A stretch of 62,314 nucleotides of DNA, the filler included. It is 9 parts of 9 records of this genome, joined end to end, with 100 filler letters (N's around TTAATTAATTAA, not from the genome) between each part and the next. Parts side by side here need not be neighbours in the genome. Positions count along the whole stretch, not along the records: positions 41,830 to 50,575 come from SRR31147125_161563; positions 50,676 to 56,807 come from SRR31147125_161757; 7 more parts are not named here. The stretch is one strand, 5' to 3'. The notes below the pieces were generated by a model, which was given only the letters and a program-made list of their open reading frames with translations, did no database searches and was not told the origin of the DNA. Position numbers and translations under genes: made by a program. Position 1 is the stretch's first letter; the number at the start of each line of letters is the position of its first letter. Of this stretch, positions 41,832 to 52,048 are shown piece after piece.

Positions 41832-44800
41832 TTAAGGCAGCGTGGGGTCGTCATCCACAATGGGGTTGAGTACAGGGTCTGCGCCGGCATAGTCTGATCC
41901 ATCACCCATGCTCCATTCGAACCAGGAGCTGTCGAAGTTGGAAATGTTTTCATAGCCCATCATGTACCCGTAGAACCAGGCCAGACTGGATCGCCAGGCC
42001 GTGCCGCAGTAAAAGCTCAGGTGCTTGTCGGACGTGATGCCAGCCGCAGTCCAGGTGGCTTCGATGGTGGCCGGCGACTTGAGCGTGCCATCTTCATTCT
42101 CAAAGTCGTCGGTGCCCCAAACCGCATCGGGAATGCGCCCATTGGTGGGGATATAGCTGTAGGGTTCGCTGGCTCCGATATACTCATCATAGGTGCGGAT
42201 ATCAACCAATAGGGCATCGCTCACCGTTCCGTCAACCACTTCCCGCACATAAGGGATGTCGACCTTGTACTCCGGATGCAGGGCGGTGGGGGTTCCAAAA
42301 TCGGTGACCGGCGCCCGTTCCGTGGTTTCGGCAGATTCCGTGTAACCGGCATCTGTCCAGGCATCGTAGCCACCTTCCATAAAGCGCACATCCTCGACGC
42401 CGGCATAGCACAGGGCCCACAGCACACGAGCCGCTGCCGATGCATTCTCAGCGTAGAGCACCACCGTGGTGTCCGTATCGATGCCCATGGTGGCAAAGGC
42501 CGGCAACAGATATTGATCCGGATAGATATTCCACCAGTTGCGGGGCAGGGCGTCGTCCGGTCCGAGCCCCTTGGCCGCATCCGCTTCCTCGGTGGTGCTG
42601 CGGTCCCAACAGGCGGGGTCGCCGGCATCCACCGGCCAGCTGTTGCGCGCGTTAAAGCAGTCATACTCGATTTCATCGGTGTTGATATGGATGGCGCCGG
42701 GAATATGGCCGTCGTTGAATGCGTCACCGGCCTCCCCCCAAGAAACATGGGCGATCACGTACGGGGCACCGAAATTATCGTTTTCCAGAAGCACTTCGCT
42801 GACCCAGCGGGCGTCCACGATCCGGTCCACATGGGGATAGTCGTTTGCATCCCATTCAGGATGGACACCGTTTCCGACCAGCCGCCCGGAGGGATCCTGT
42901 CTCCATCCATCCGTGGTTCCGGGAATGTCAGGATCGGCGGTGTAGCCGGCGTCTTCGATGTAGGTGGTGCTCCAGCCTTCCCAGCCGTCCGAGTAGTTGC
43001 GCGTGTTTTCAAAGCCCATCAAATAGGCGTACAATGTACTCAGGCTGGATCGGTAGCCACTGCCGCAGTAAAAGATCACTGATTTGTCGAAGTCGTCACC
43101 GGCAGCGTTGAGATCAAGGCCCGCTTGCCGCCAAAGATCGCGCACGGCGGTATGCGGCTTGAGCGTTCCGTCGGCATCCAGGTAGTCCAGATCCGGGCTG
43201 TCGGCATTGAAGGCATGGACGGCGCCGGGAAGACGACCTTTGTTGGCCACGTATCCGTAGCCGCTGACTTCTCCGGTGAATTCCTCGTAGGTACGCACAT
43301 CGGCCAGCAGCGTGTCCGCTGAGTCGATATGTGTGGCCACATAGTCGGTGGTGGCGACAAGATCGGGTTGAACCGTACCGTCATAGGAGACCGCGACCGG
43401 TTCATTGACCGTTGTCTCTGCATCATACCCGGCCGCCTGCCAGGCAGCGAATCCGCCATTTAACACCCGGACATCTATGACGCCGGCATATTTTAGAATC
43501 CACCACAGCCGGGCGGCGAAAATCGGACCGTTGCTGTAGACGATCACGGTGGTGTCGGCGGTAATTCCCATGCTGCCCACGGCCTCGAGCAATTCGTCAT
43601 CCGGCAGCATGAACCAGCGCGGAAATCCGTTCTCGTAGGTATCGGAGTTGGAATGAATCGCGCCGGGAATGTGGCCGTCCAGATAGGAGCGGTCTGCCCA
43701 GCCGTTTTCCATATCCTCGAAGCTACCCCACTGGGTCTCGAAAATAAGGTAAGGGTGCTCCCGGTCGTAAGCGTACTCGGCCGGTGCCGCGGATGTGCTG
43801 TCGTCGGCGTGATAGTCGATCAGGGCCTTGACCCAGGCCGGATAGACCAGGTCGGCATAGCTATCGAGCGCCTGCATGGGATAGCTTGCCGAATCAGCCG
43901 CGGCCCAATCCCAGATCGACGCATCATAGTTGGCCACATTGTCGAGCCCCATCAACCGTCCTAAAAAGTAGAAAAACCGCTGCGCACGCCGGCGGTACAA
44001 TAAGCGACCACCGTTTTGCCGGCGGTGATGCCGCTATCGTCGAATAGCGCCTTCAGATCCGCGTAGCTGAGAATCGATTTGTCCGTATTGAAGTAATTGG
44101 CGTAGGGGAGCTGCACGGCACCGGGAATATGCCCGCCGCGCGCCTCCTCGTAGAGAATCCAGCCGTTAAACTCCTCGTCCGTTCGGGTATCCACAATGAC
44201 GAAGTCGTCGTCCGCAAGTCGGCTTTGGATGTCGCTCTTGTCCATCACCACGCTGGTGTCGGGCTCGGCACTGAAAACCGATGCGGGCAGGGTGCGGGCT
44301 GTCGTTTGGCTGGCCAGGCCCTGATCCGCCCAGTGATCCCAGCCGCCGTTGAGAATCTGAACCTGGGTGCAGCCCAGGTATTCGAGCATCCAGAACAGGC
44401 GACCGGCCGATCCCCAGCTGTCGACGGTATCGTCATAGAGGACAATCCAGGACTCGCGGGTCAACCCTAAAGCGCCGAGCTGGCTTTCCAGGTCGGCCAC
44501 GGATTTGAGCGTCGCTTTCTGGGGGGATCATTCCAGAGCACGAAGTCTGTCCATTGGGCATTGATCGCGCCAGGAATGTGCCCGGCGGCGTAAGCCTCGG
44601 CAGACCGGGTGTCGATGATAATCGCATCGGTGGTGACGGAGGCGCTCACGCTGCCGGACGCATGGGGTACGAGCAGACCGTCGGCCGTAGCCAGCAGCCC
44701 GGCATTGGGAAAAAGGGTAATGTCGCCGGTAAGCGAATCTTCTACGGTGACCTCCTCGCCGGTCGATGTGTCGTCGTCGGTGTCATTTTTCGTGCTGCTG

Positions 44801-44874
44801 GAACTGCCGCATCCGGCCAGGTGGAATAGGGCGCTTAAAATCAGGACCATCATCAGTATGCGCAGGTGTTTCAT
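41832..44874 (-). CDS. six-rhodanese-domain sulfurtransferase lipoprotein (~1014 aa after repairing two homopolymer frameshifts)
   Basis: Lipobox LAGC. ORFs 44467-44874, 43961-44500 and 41832-44000 join by +1 base at G6 44521-44526 and at A5 43972-43976. Three active loops: CTAGVR, CGSGYR and CGTAWR. Confidence 0.88.
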
Positions 44875-44908
44875 CTTCCGTGATTCCTTTCATCGTGAGA
44901 ATATAACA

Positions 44909-44995
44909 AGTGCCCATCCAGAAATGGCGGCTCTCGCCCAATACCGGCGTTGGGCCTCGAACTGAGGCAAGATTCACCCTTTCTGGCAGACACTA
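44909..44995. repeat. short element with imperfect terminal inverted repeats (MITE/REP-like)
   Basis: AGTGCCCATCCAGAAA...TTTCTGGCAGACACT termini enclosing hairpins GCCCAA..TTGGGC and CCTC..GAGG. Confidence 0.35.
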
Positions 44996-45021
44996 ACAAA
45001 CTTGTGATGCCACGATCGCCA

Positions 45022-45924
45022 TCAGCGGGGGTCGATAGCCCCTGAGCGCTCCCAGGCTTCTGTGCCGCCTTCGTAATTTCTTGCCGTCGATGCCCGGTAG
45101 AGCTGATCGATGACCCAGGCATAGGCCGATCGAACGCCGCCCGTGCAGTAGAAAATCAGCTCGTCGGCGACCTTGATGTTTCGTTTGCCGAGCAATCGGT
45201 TATAGGCCGCCGCATCGATGGGGTGTCGATCCTTTCCCTCATAAAGCGTTGTCCATGGCAGGTGGACCGCCCCTGGGAGATGGCCGGTGAACCATTCCAG
45301 GGTGGAGCGGGTGTCGATCAGAACCTGGTTGCGGCCAAGGCTGGCCACCTGCCGGGTCGCAATGGTCACTTCATCGCGAAGCCGGACCTGATAAATTGCT
45401 CGGGGACGATGCGGGCGATCGTCCGTGGCCACAATCGCCAGATTGGCCCGCTGCCAGGCCTGCACGCCCCCGTCCAAAAGGCGAATCGGTCCCTTATGGC
45501 CCAGCCAGACGAGCGCCCAGCAGTTCCATCCCTCGCCCCCCCAGCTGGTGTCGGCATCGCCATAGACCAGGATCGGAGTTAGTTCATCGATGCCCATTTC
45601 CCCCAACGCCCCAGCCAGTTCGTCTGCCGGCCGGATTCGGTAAGGTATCTTTTGGTCGTCGATTTTGGTATAGTCCTCCCAGGAAAATGACACAGCGCCC
45701 GGCAGGTGAGAATTTTGGTACGCCGCAGGTGGACGCGCGTCCAGAATCACCCATTGATCTTTCTGGGCAGCCAGGGAACTCACATCCATCAACTCCAGGT
45801 CATAGGCGAAACCTTCCATGCCCACGGCGGCGACAATCAGCCATCCGGTCAGTGCGCCAATCAAGCGGGCGATGCGTCTGTTGTCGAATCCTCGGGTGGT
45901 TCGATGGGCACTTGCCGCCATCAT
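45022..45924 (-). CDS. exported two-domain rhodanese/sulfurtransferase
   Basis: GGAG RBS and signal-like N-terminus; LDAR...HLPGA, LDGG, IDTR...GHLPGA, FYCTGGVRS and NYEGG. Confidence 0.9.
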   Translation of the reverse strand: MMAASAHRTTRGFDNRRIARLIGALTGWLIVAAVGMEGFAYDLELMDVSSLAAQKDQWVILDARPPAAYQNSHLPGAVSFSWEDYTKIDDQKIPYRIRPADELAGALGEMGIDELTPILVYGDADTSWGGEGWNCWALVWLGHKGPIRLLDGGVQAWQRANLAIVATDDRPHRPRAIYQVRLRDEVTIATRQVASLGRNQVLIDTRSTLEWFTGHLPGAVHLPWTTLYEGKDRHPIDAAAYNRLLGKRNIKVADELIFYCTGGVRSAYAWVIDQLYRASTARNYEGGTEAWERSGAIDPR

Positions 45925-47233
45925 TGTCTGCTCCTATCTGCTTCTCGCTCTCCAGAACGATCTGCGTTTGGCCATTCCGCTATTGATTGCCGTCACCGCG
46001 ATAGTCACACTCGTGTTGGCAATTTGCCTGTATTTCTCGGAAACGGACCGGTGGTGTTTTACTCCGCGCCAGGTTATCGGGGTCGCCATCGTCATACGTG
46101 CCATGTTCGTGTTCAGACCGCCGGAGTTGTCTGATGATATCTTCCGCTATCTGTGGGACGGCTTGACGCTCCTTGGCGGCCACAACCCATACGCCCTGGC
46201 GCCGATTGCTGCCGGCCCCCATGACGGCCTGAGCGCCGGATTGCTCGCCCTGGTCAATCACAGCCACCTGACCACCATTTATCCGCCTGCCGCACAACTT
46301 GTCTTTGCCCTTGGCGCATCCACAACCGCCGGTGTGGTGGGCATCAAGCTCATCCTCGTACTCATGGATATTTTCACCTGTTTTCTGCTCATGCACCTCT
46401 TGAATCGTCTGCGAAAGCCATCCTGGCTGGTGGTTTTGTATGCCTGGCACCCGCTGCCGGTGCTGGAAATCGCGGCATCCGGGCATATTGACGCTGCCGG
46501 CATGCTGTTCGCGATCCTGGCTGTTTGTCTTTGCCTGCCCCATTTGCCGCAAGATGGTCCACCCACAGGCCGTTTGCGTCAGTACCGGCTGGTTTTGTCC
46601 GGCCTGATGTTCTCAGTGGCCGTATTGACCAAATTGTTCCCCTTGGTATTCTTGCCCGGCCTCTTGATCATGGCCGGACGGTCCAGCGGGAAGTATTTTG
46701 GGCTGGGCATTGTCGCCGGCGCATTTCTTCTGTTGATGCCGTTTTGCCCGGATATCCGGCATGCATGGACCACACTGTCCCTGTACGCCCGAACCTGGGA
46801 ATTTTCCGGGCTTGTCTACCGGTTGCTGGCCGTAACACCACTGGGAGGCATTTGGACGCGCTGGCTGCTTGGGCTTTTGTATGCAGTGGTCATGCTCATC
46901 AGCTATCGATCTGCCGGGGGCTGGCATGCGTCCCCAGCGGATTTGCTGTGCGTTTTTTATCGCCTGTCTCTGGCTTTTCTTTTACTGACGCCTACCTTGC
47001 ATCCCTGGTATGCGCTTTACCTGGTGCTCTTGGTGCCGTTTTCGGCAGGTCCTGCCGGCTTGGTTCTTTCCTGGGCCGTTTTTCTCGCCTATCGCATATT
47101 GATTGCCTCGACCGTGCTGGGCGTCTGGGCAGAGGACGATCGAAGCGCACTGATGATTTTTGCAGCGCCGGTGGCGGCCGGGTTTCTATCGCGCCTTGCG
47201 CGTTACCACCCATCCGCGTCAGCCACCGGATAA
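45872..47233 (+). CDS. GT-C fold membrane glycosyltransferase (GT87/DUF2029-like)
   Basis: LSDDIFRYLWDG....G.NPY, TIYPP.AQ, YAWHPL...E....GHID and PTLHPWY; about 10 TM helices. Start at 45818 or 45872. Confidence 0.85.
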   Translation: MRLLSNPRVVRWALAAIIVCSYLLLALQNDLRLAIPLLIAVTAIVTLVLAICLYFSETDRWCFTPRQVIGVAIVIRAMFVFRPPELSDDIFRYLWDGLTLLGGHNPYALAPIAAGPHDGLSAGLLALVNHSHLTTIYPPAAQLVFALGASTTAGVVGIKLILVLMDIFTCFLLMHLLNRLRKPSWLVVLYAWHPLPVLEIAASGHIDAAGMLFAILAVCLCLPHLPQDGPPTGRLRQYRLVLSGLMFSVAVLTKLFPLVFLPGLLIMAGRSSGKYFGLGIVAGAFLLLMPFCPDIRHAWTTLSLYARTWEFSGLVYRLLAVTPLGGIWTRWLLGLLYAVVMLISYRSAGGWHASPADLLCVFYRLSLAFLLLTPTLHPWYALYLVLLVPFSAGPAGLVLSWAVFLAYRILIASTVLGVWAEDDRSALMIFAAPVAAGFLSRLARYHPSASATG

Positions 47234-47956
47234 GCGCTTGCAGGGTGACACGCATCGGTCTGAGCACGTATCGACCGCCTCACGCAGAATAACCCAGAGA
47301 ATTTTAACGCCGGCCCGGATAACGCCTTGAAATGTTCCACTCACCTGAGAACGGCCGGCGACTCTGGGGCGATAGGGCATGGCCACTTCCATGATGCGCC
47401 ACTTGCGCCGCACGGCTCTGACTTGCATCTCAACGGTCCAGCCGTAATCCGGATCCTGCATGCGCAGGTCGACCAGTGTATCCCATCGAATGGCCCGCAT
47501 GGGGCCCAGGTCCTGATAGGGCCAGCCCCAGACCATGCAAATCAAACCGGTTGCCAGCCAGTTACCGAACCGTTGTTGCGGGCTCAAGGCACGCGAAACG
47601 CATGGCATGCGCCGGGCCAGAACAAAGTCTGTGCGGCCGGCGCATAGGGGAGCGATGAATCGATCGAAACGCGACAGATCATCACTGCCATCGGCGTCGG
47701 CAAAGGCAACAATATCAGGCGGGGATTGATTGAGTCGGGATAGGCCCTTAAGACAGGCGCGCCCGTAACCGGGACGCGGTTCCTGGACCACCTCGGCACC
47801 GAATTGCCGGGCAATTCGCGCGGTGGTATCGGAAGAGCCGTTATCGATGACGATCAAGCGGTCGATACAGTCCGGTATTGCGGCAAGCACATGGGGAAGC
47901 GCAGCCGCTTCATTGCGGGCCGGGATGAGCAATGCGATCTGTTGGCGCTGGAACAT
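47219..47956 (-). CDS. GT2 glycosyltransferase (polyprenol-phosphate glycosyltransferase-like)
   Basis: LIPARNE, IDNGSSD, GYGRACL.G, FADADGSD, QRFGNWLAT, DLGPMRAIR, YGWTVEMQ and SQVSGT. Confidence 0.9.
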   Translation of the reverse strand: MFQRQQIALLIPARNEAAALPHVLAAIPDCIDRLIVIDNGSSDTTARIARQFGAEVVQEPRPGYGRACLKGLSRLNQSPPDIVAFADADGSDDLSRFDRFIAPLCAGRTDFVLARRMPCVSRALSPQQRFGNWLATGLICMVWGWPYQDLGPMRAIRWDTLVDLRMQDPDYGWTVEMQVRAVRRKWRIMEVAMPYRPRVAGRSQVSGTFQGVIRAGVKILWVILREAVDTCSDRCVSPCKRLSGG

Positions 47957-48042
47957 GGTTAACCCGCTTTTTTGCAGTCGACTACAAGCCATCTCGAAGA
48001 TGGCTTGTAGTGAAATTGAATGTTTTCAGATGATGCTGACCG

Positions 48043-48888
48043 TCAAGGCTGTAACACAACGGCGATGGTCCAGGTGGCTCCACTGGCTGTGTTCTCACCG
48101 TACAGGGTCGGGGTGCAACCCGCTTCGATGCCCCACCGGTCGTTGATTTTGAAACCGACGGCTACGTCGAGTTTCCCCAGGTCGTAATTCGATGTTGCGG
48201 TCGGGTTGCCCTGGTCGTCGAGGACATCGTCGTCATCGTAAAGACCGGCGGTACCATCCAGCTTTATCCGGCCGTACCATTTTTGCCCGAAATCCGATCC
48301 CAGTTCGATCACGTAGCGGATTTGATCCTTGGCATCCCCTTCACGAAAACGGTAGCCCACCTCGACGTTCGCGTAGCCGGGAAACAGTTTCCATAGCGAT
48401 TGGCCATAGAGCAGACGAATCTCACCGTCATAGCCGCCATCGCCCAATGGTAGCGTTTCGTCGTCATCATAGGCTTCCGGGATCTTGACCAACCCCTGCG
48501 TGGATAATACGCCACCGGCGCGTTGCCAGAGCCTATGCTTGAGACCCAGCTCAATATCGCCGATGCCCCAGGTTTCGTCCTTGCGAAAGTCATCTTCCTT
48601 TGTCAGGTATTTATAATATAGGGATGAAACCAGTGTGGTGTGATCAAAAATACCGTATTCCAGGTAGTATTTGAGATTAATGTCACGGAAGTCGCCATTG
48701 TCGGCCATGGCAGTGGTATCGCCATCCGAATCATAATTTTCATCTGCAGAGAAAACGTTCAACTCAAGGCGGTGATAGCTTTTCCCCTTGTCGAACGTCC
48801 ACGCTCCGGCAAGCACTGTTGCAGCTGAGAAAAATAGTACCGGCAACACTGCCATTACACGCCATACCATTCGTTTGCACACCATCAG
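48043..48888 (-). CDS. putative outer-membrane beta-barrel/transporter-like protein
   Basis: Signal peptide ending LAGAWT; alternating beta strands (YYLEYGI, GIGDIELGLKH, ANVEVGYRFR). Start uncertain. Confidence 0.7.
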   Translation of the reverse strand: MMVCKRMVWRVMAVLPVLFFSAATVLAGAWTFDKGKSYHRLELNVFSADENYDSDGDTTAMADNGDFRDINLKYYLEYGIFDHTTLVSSLYYKYLTKEDDFRKDETWGIGDIELGLKHRLWQRAGGVLSTQGLVKIPEAYDDDETLPLGDGGYDGEIRLLYGQSLWKLFPGYANVEVGYRFREGDAKDQIRYVIELGSDFGQKWYGRIKLDGTAGLYDDDDVLDDQGNPTATSNYDLGKLDVAVGFKINDRWGIEAGCTPTLYGENTASGATWTIAVVLQP

Positions 48889-49066
48889 AGCTCCAATTCC
48901 ATTTTGGGATCGCACAATTTTCCACCAAGCAAAAGGCAGAATAATTAGTCAATGGGCAATGGTGAAGTCAAATTGATAATTACGATTATAAACACCGGGT
49001 GCATAAAAAAACACAATACAGCTACCGATTGATGAGAAGTTAGCATCGTGGTATAGGCATGCCGCC

Positions 49067-50575
49067 ATGGCTAATGATTTTCTTTATATGTTTTGTATTG
49101 TGCATTTTGCCGCTTTGGTTGGTCTGGCCTGCTATGGTCTTCACCGGCTTTGGCTTTTATGGCACTGGTGGCCGGTGCGTCACCGCAGCGATCCGTTGCC
49201 GCCGGCCATGGCCTCATCCGATTCGCCCAGGGTGACCCTGCAGCTGCCGTTTTATAATGAGCGCTTCGTCGCCGCGCGGCTGATCGATGCCGCAGCCCGG
49301 ATTCGTTGGCCCGGTGAGAAGCTTGAAATTCAGGTTCTCGACGATTCGAACGACGATACCGTTGACATTATCGACCAACGGGTGGCTTTTGGAAACGCAC
49401 AGGGGTTACGATTAACGTCTTTCGTCGGTGCCATCGCGATGCATACAAAGCCGGCGCCCTGGCGCATGGTCTGGCCTCCGCCAGTGGTGCGTTGATCGCC
49501 GTTTTCGATGCTGACTTTCTACCGGCTGAGGATTTTCTGGAACGCACCGTACCGTATTTCAGTGATCCGCGTATCGGCATGGTGCAGGCGCGCTGGTGCT
49601 TTCTCAATCCCGATCAGTCCTGGCTGACCCGGATACAGGTATTACTGTTGGGCCCGCATTTTTCCATCGAACATCGTGTCCGGCACCTTCGCCGCCTGTT
49701 TTTCAATTTTAATGGCACGGCTGGTATATGGCGCCGTCAGGCCATTGTCTCCGCCGGCGGTTGGCAGGCCGATACAGTCACCGAGGACCTGGATTTGAGC
49801 TATCGGGCCCAACTGGCCGGCTGGCGCTTTGTGTATCTGAACGACTACGCGGTCCCATCGGAGCTGCCGGCCACGCTCGGTGATTTTCGGCGTCAACAAC
49901 ATCGCTGGGCCAAGGGGTCGATCCAGACCGCGCGTAAAATTCTGCCGCGACTGCTTGGCGCGACGTTGCCGCTTGAGGTTAAAGCCGAGGCCATCTTTCA
50001 TCTGATGGCCAATGTCGGCTGGCTTTTGGGTGCCCTGGTGACATTGACCCTTTACCCGACAATTCTTTTACGCGCCGGCATCGGGCCTTACCAGATGCTG
50101 CGCCTTGACCTGCCGCTCTTTTTCGGGGCAACCCTGGCGATGATGGCCTATTTTTTCTTTACACCATCAACCGTGGCCGCCGGCGGGCCCTGACCAGCCT
50201 GCTGGTATTGCCCATTTTGACGATCGGCCTGGCGCCGAGCCTGGCCCTGGCGGTCGTCCAGGGGTGTTTTCAAAGCGGCGGGGTGTTCGAACGCACTCCC
50301 AAGTACGGTATAGAGGGGGGACAGCGGTTGTCGGCGATTTCGTTGTCCAACGGTCACGGTAGCACCGGTTATCTGATGTTGAATTTGATGGGAATGGTTT
50401 ACATCCTATTGCCGTTGGTTTTTGCATGGCAGCACCGCACCTGGTTGGCCGTTCCGCTGCTGGTGCTGTTTCCTTTGGGATTTGCGTTGGTGTTTGTGCA
50501 GGAATGCCGTGAATGGTGGCGCGACCGTAAAACCAAGACTCATCTGAAAACCACTGCCGACAAACGCCATGGCTA
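49067..50575 (+). CDS. cellulose-synthase-like GT2 membrane glycosyltransferase, with two homopolymer frameshifts
   Basis: VTLQLPFYNE, QVLDDS.D, (repaired) YKAGAL, FDADF, FNGTAG, TEDLDL, QQHRWAKG (QxxRW) and FERTPK. +1 T needed at 49387-49390 and at ~50151-50160. Confidence 0.9.
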
Positions 50576-50675
50576 NNNNNNNNNNNNNNNNNNNNNNNNN
50601 NNNNNNNNNNNNNNNNNNNTTAATTAATTAANNNNNNNNNNNNNNNNNNNNNNNNNNNNNNNNNNNNNNNNNNNN
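50576..50675. other. artificial contig spacer
   Basis: N44-TTAATTAATTAA-N44. Confidence 0.99.
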
Positions 50676-50698
50676 CCAGACAACTTGTGTCCAGGTAC

Positions 50699-51802
50699 TT
50701 ACATGTGCTTGAATAGATTTTTCAATTTATTGGAAATCTTATCCGAATCCAGCTGATCGAATTCCCTGAGCAACTTCTCCTGTTTCTTGGATAGACGCGT
50801 AGGGGTTTTGATATTCACCTGAATGATCTGATCCCCTTTCTGCCCGCTTCGCAGTGAAGGAATTCCTTCTCCTTTGAATCGAAAGGTCTCACCGAATTGT
50901 GTGCCTTTAGGAATTTTCAATGATTTTTCTCCGTCAAGGGTGTGAATGGTGATCTCATCTCCCAATGTGGCTTGAATAAAAGAGATATCCACCGCGCAGA
51001 GGACATCGATTCCGTCTCTTTGGAAAAATTTGTGGCGTTTCACAGAGATGAAAACGTAGAGGTCTCCGGTCGGTCCGCCACCGGTACTGGGCTCTCCCTC
51101 ACCGGTCAGTCTCAGCCTGGCACCGGTATCCACACCCGCCGGAATTTTTACCGATACTTTCTTGGACACCTCCATTCGTCCCGAGCCGACACATTTGCTG
51201 CAGGGGTGAGGAATGGATTTTCCTTTGCCTCGACAGTAGGGGCAGGTACTTTTGACTTTGAAAAATCCCTGACTCTGGATAAATTGACCTGTTCCCTGGC
51301 ACTGGCTGCACGTCTCGGGTCGGGTGCCTTCCTTGCATCCACTGCCATGGCACATGTCACAGATGTCATATTTGTTGACATCGATCTCTTTTTCGACACC
51401 AAATACGGCTTCCATGAACTCCAATGTCATGTCGTAGCGAAGATCCGCCCCTTTTTGTACACGGCTTCGGCCGCCTCTGGATCCGCCACCGCCAAAACCG
51501 AAAAAATCTTCAAAAATATCACCGAAACTGGAGAAAATGTCTTCAAAACCGGCTGACCCGGAAAAGTTGTTCCCTTCTAGTCCTTGGTGCCCGAATTGAT
51601 CATAAACCGAGCGTTTTTGATCATCGGATAGAACCCCATAGGCTTCCGATGCTTCCTTGAATTTCTCTTCGGCGTCTTTATCTCCCGGATTTTTATCCGG
51701 ATGATATTTGATGGCCAGTTTTCGATATTTGGATTTCAGCTCATCTTTGCCTGCATCCTTGGATACACCCAGCACCTCATAGTAATCACGCTTATTTGAC
51801 AT
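50699..51802 (-). CDS. dnaJ: molecular chaperone DnaJ
   Basis: J domain with HPD, G/F region and four CxxCxGxG repeats. Confidence 0.97.
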   Translation of the reverse strand: MSNKRDYYEVLGVSKDAGKDELKSKYRKLAIKYHPDKNPGDKDAEEKFKEASEAYGVLSDDQKRSVYDQFGHQGLEGNNFSGSAGFEDIFSSFGDIFEDFFGFGGGGSRGGRSRVQKGADLRYDMTLEFMEAVFGVEKEIDVNKYDICDMCHGSGCKEGTRPETCSQCQGTGQFIQSQGFFKVKSTCPYCRGKGKSIPHPCSKCVGSGRMEVSKKVSVKIPAGVDTGARLRLTGEGEPSTGGGPTGDLYVFISVKRHKFFQRDGIDVLCAVDISFIQATLGDEITIHTLDGEKSLKIPKGTQFGETFRFKGEGIPSLRSGQKGDQIIQVNIKTPTRLSKKQEKLLREFDQLDSDKISNKLKNLFKHM

Positions 51803-52048
51803 AATATTCCTGTGTCATCAAAAATGTTCATATTTCATCAACAGCCCATAATGATTGTGAAACGGACGCTATTATGGTACCTGTTGTCGGCACCCTCCAC
51901 AAAAGGTCCCCAAAAGGTACGGCCTTTTCAGGATAGTCCTCCCTGCTGAGGGGAGTGTTGCGGACGTAAAAAATCGATCTAAGAGGGATGCCGGTGAATC
52001 GCTGATTTTTAAACAAATTAAATTAATTCATCATGCAGGATTGTCAAC

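Noticed and set aside
41832-50575. Selenocysteine read-through explaining the split rhodanese or GT genes
   Set aside because: The breaks change reading frame rather than being in-frame TGA codons, and the active sites are Cys codons.
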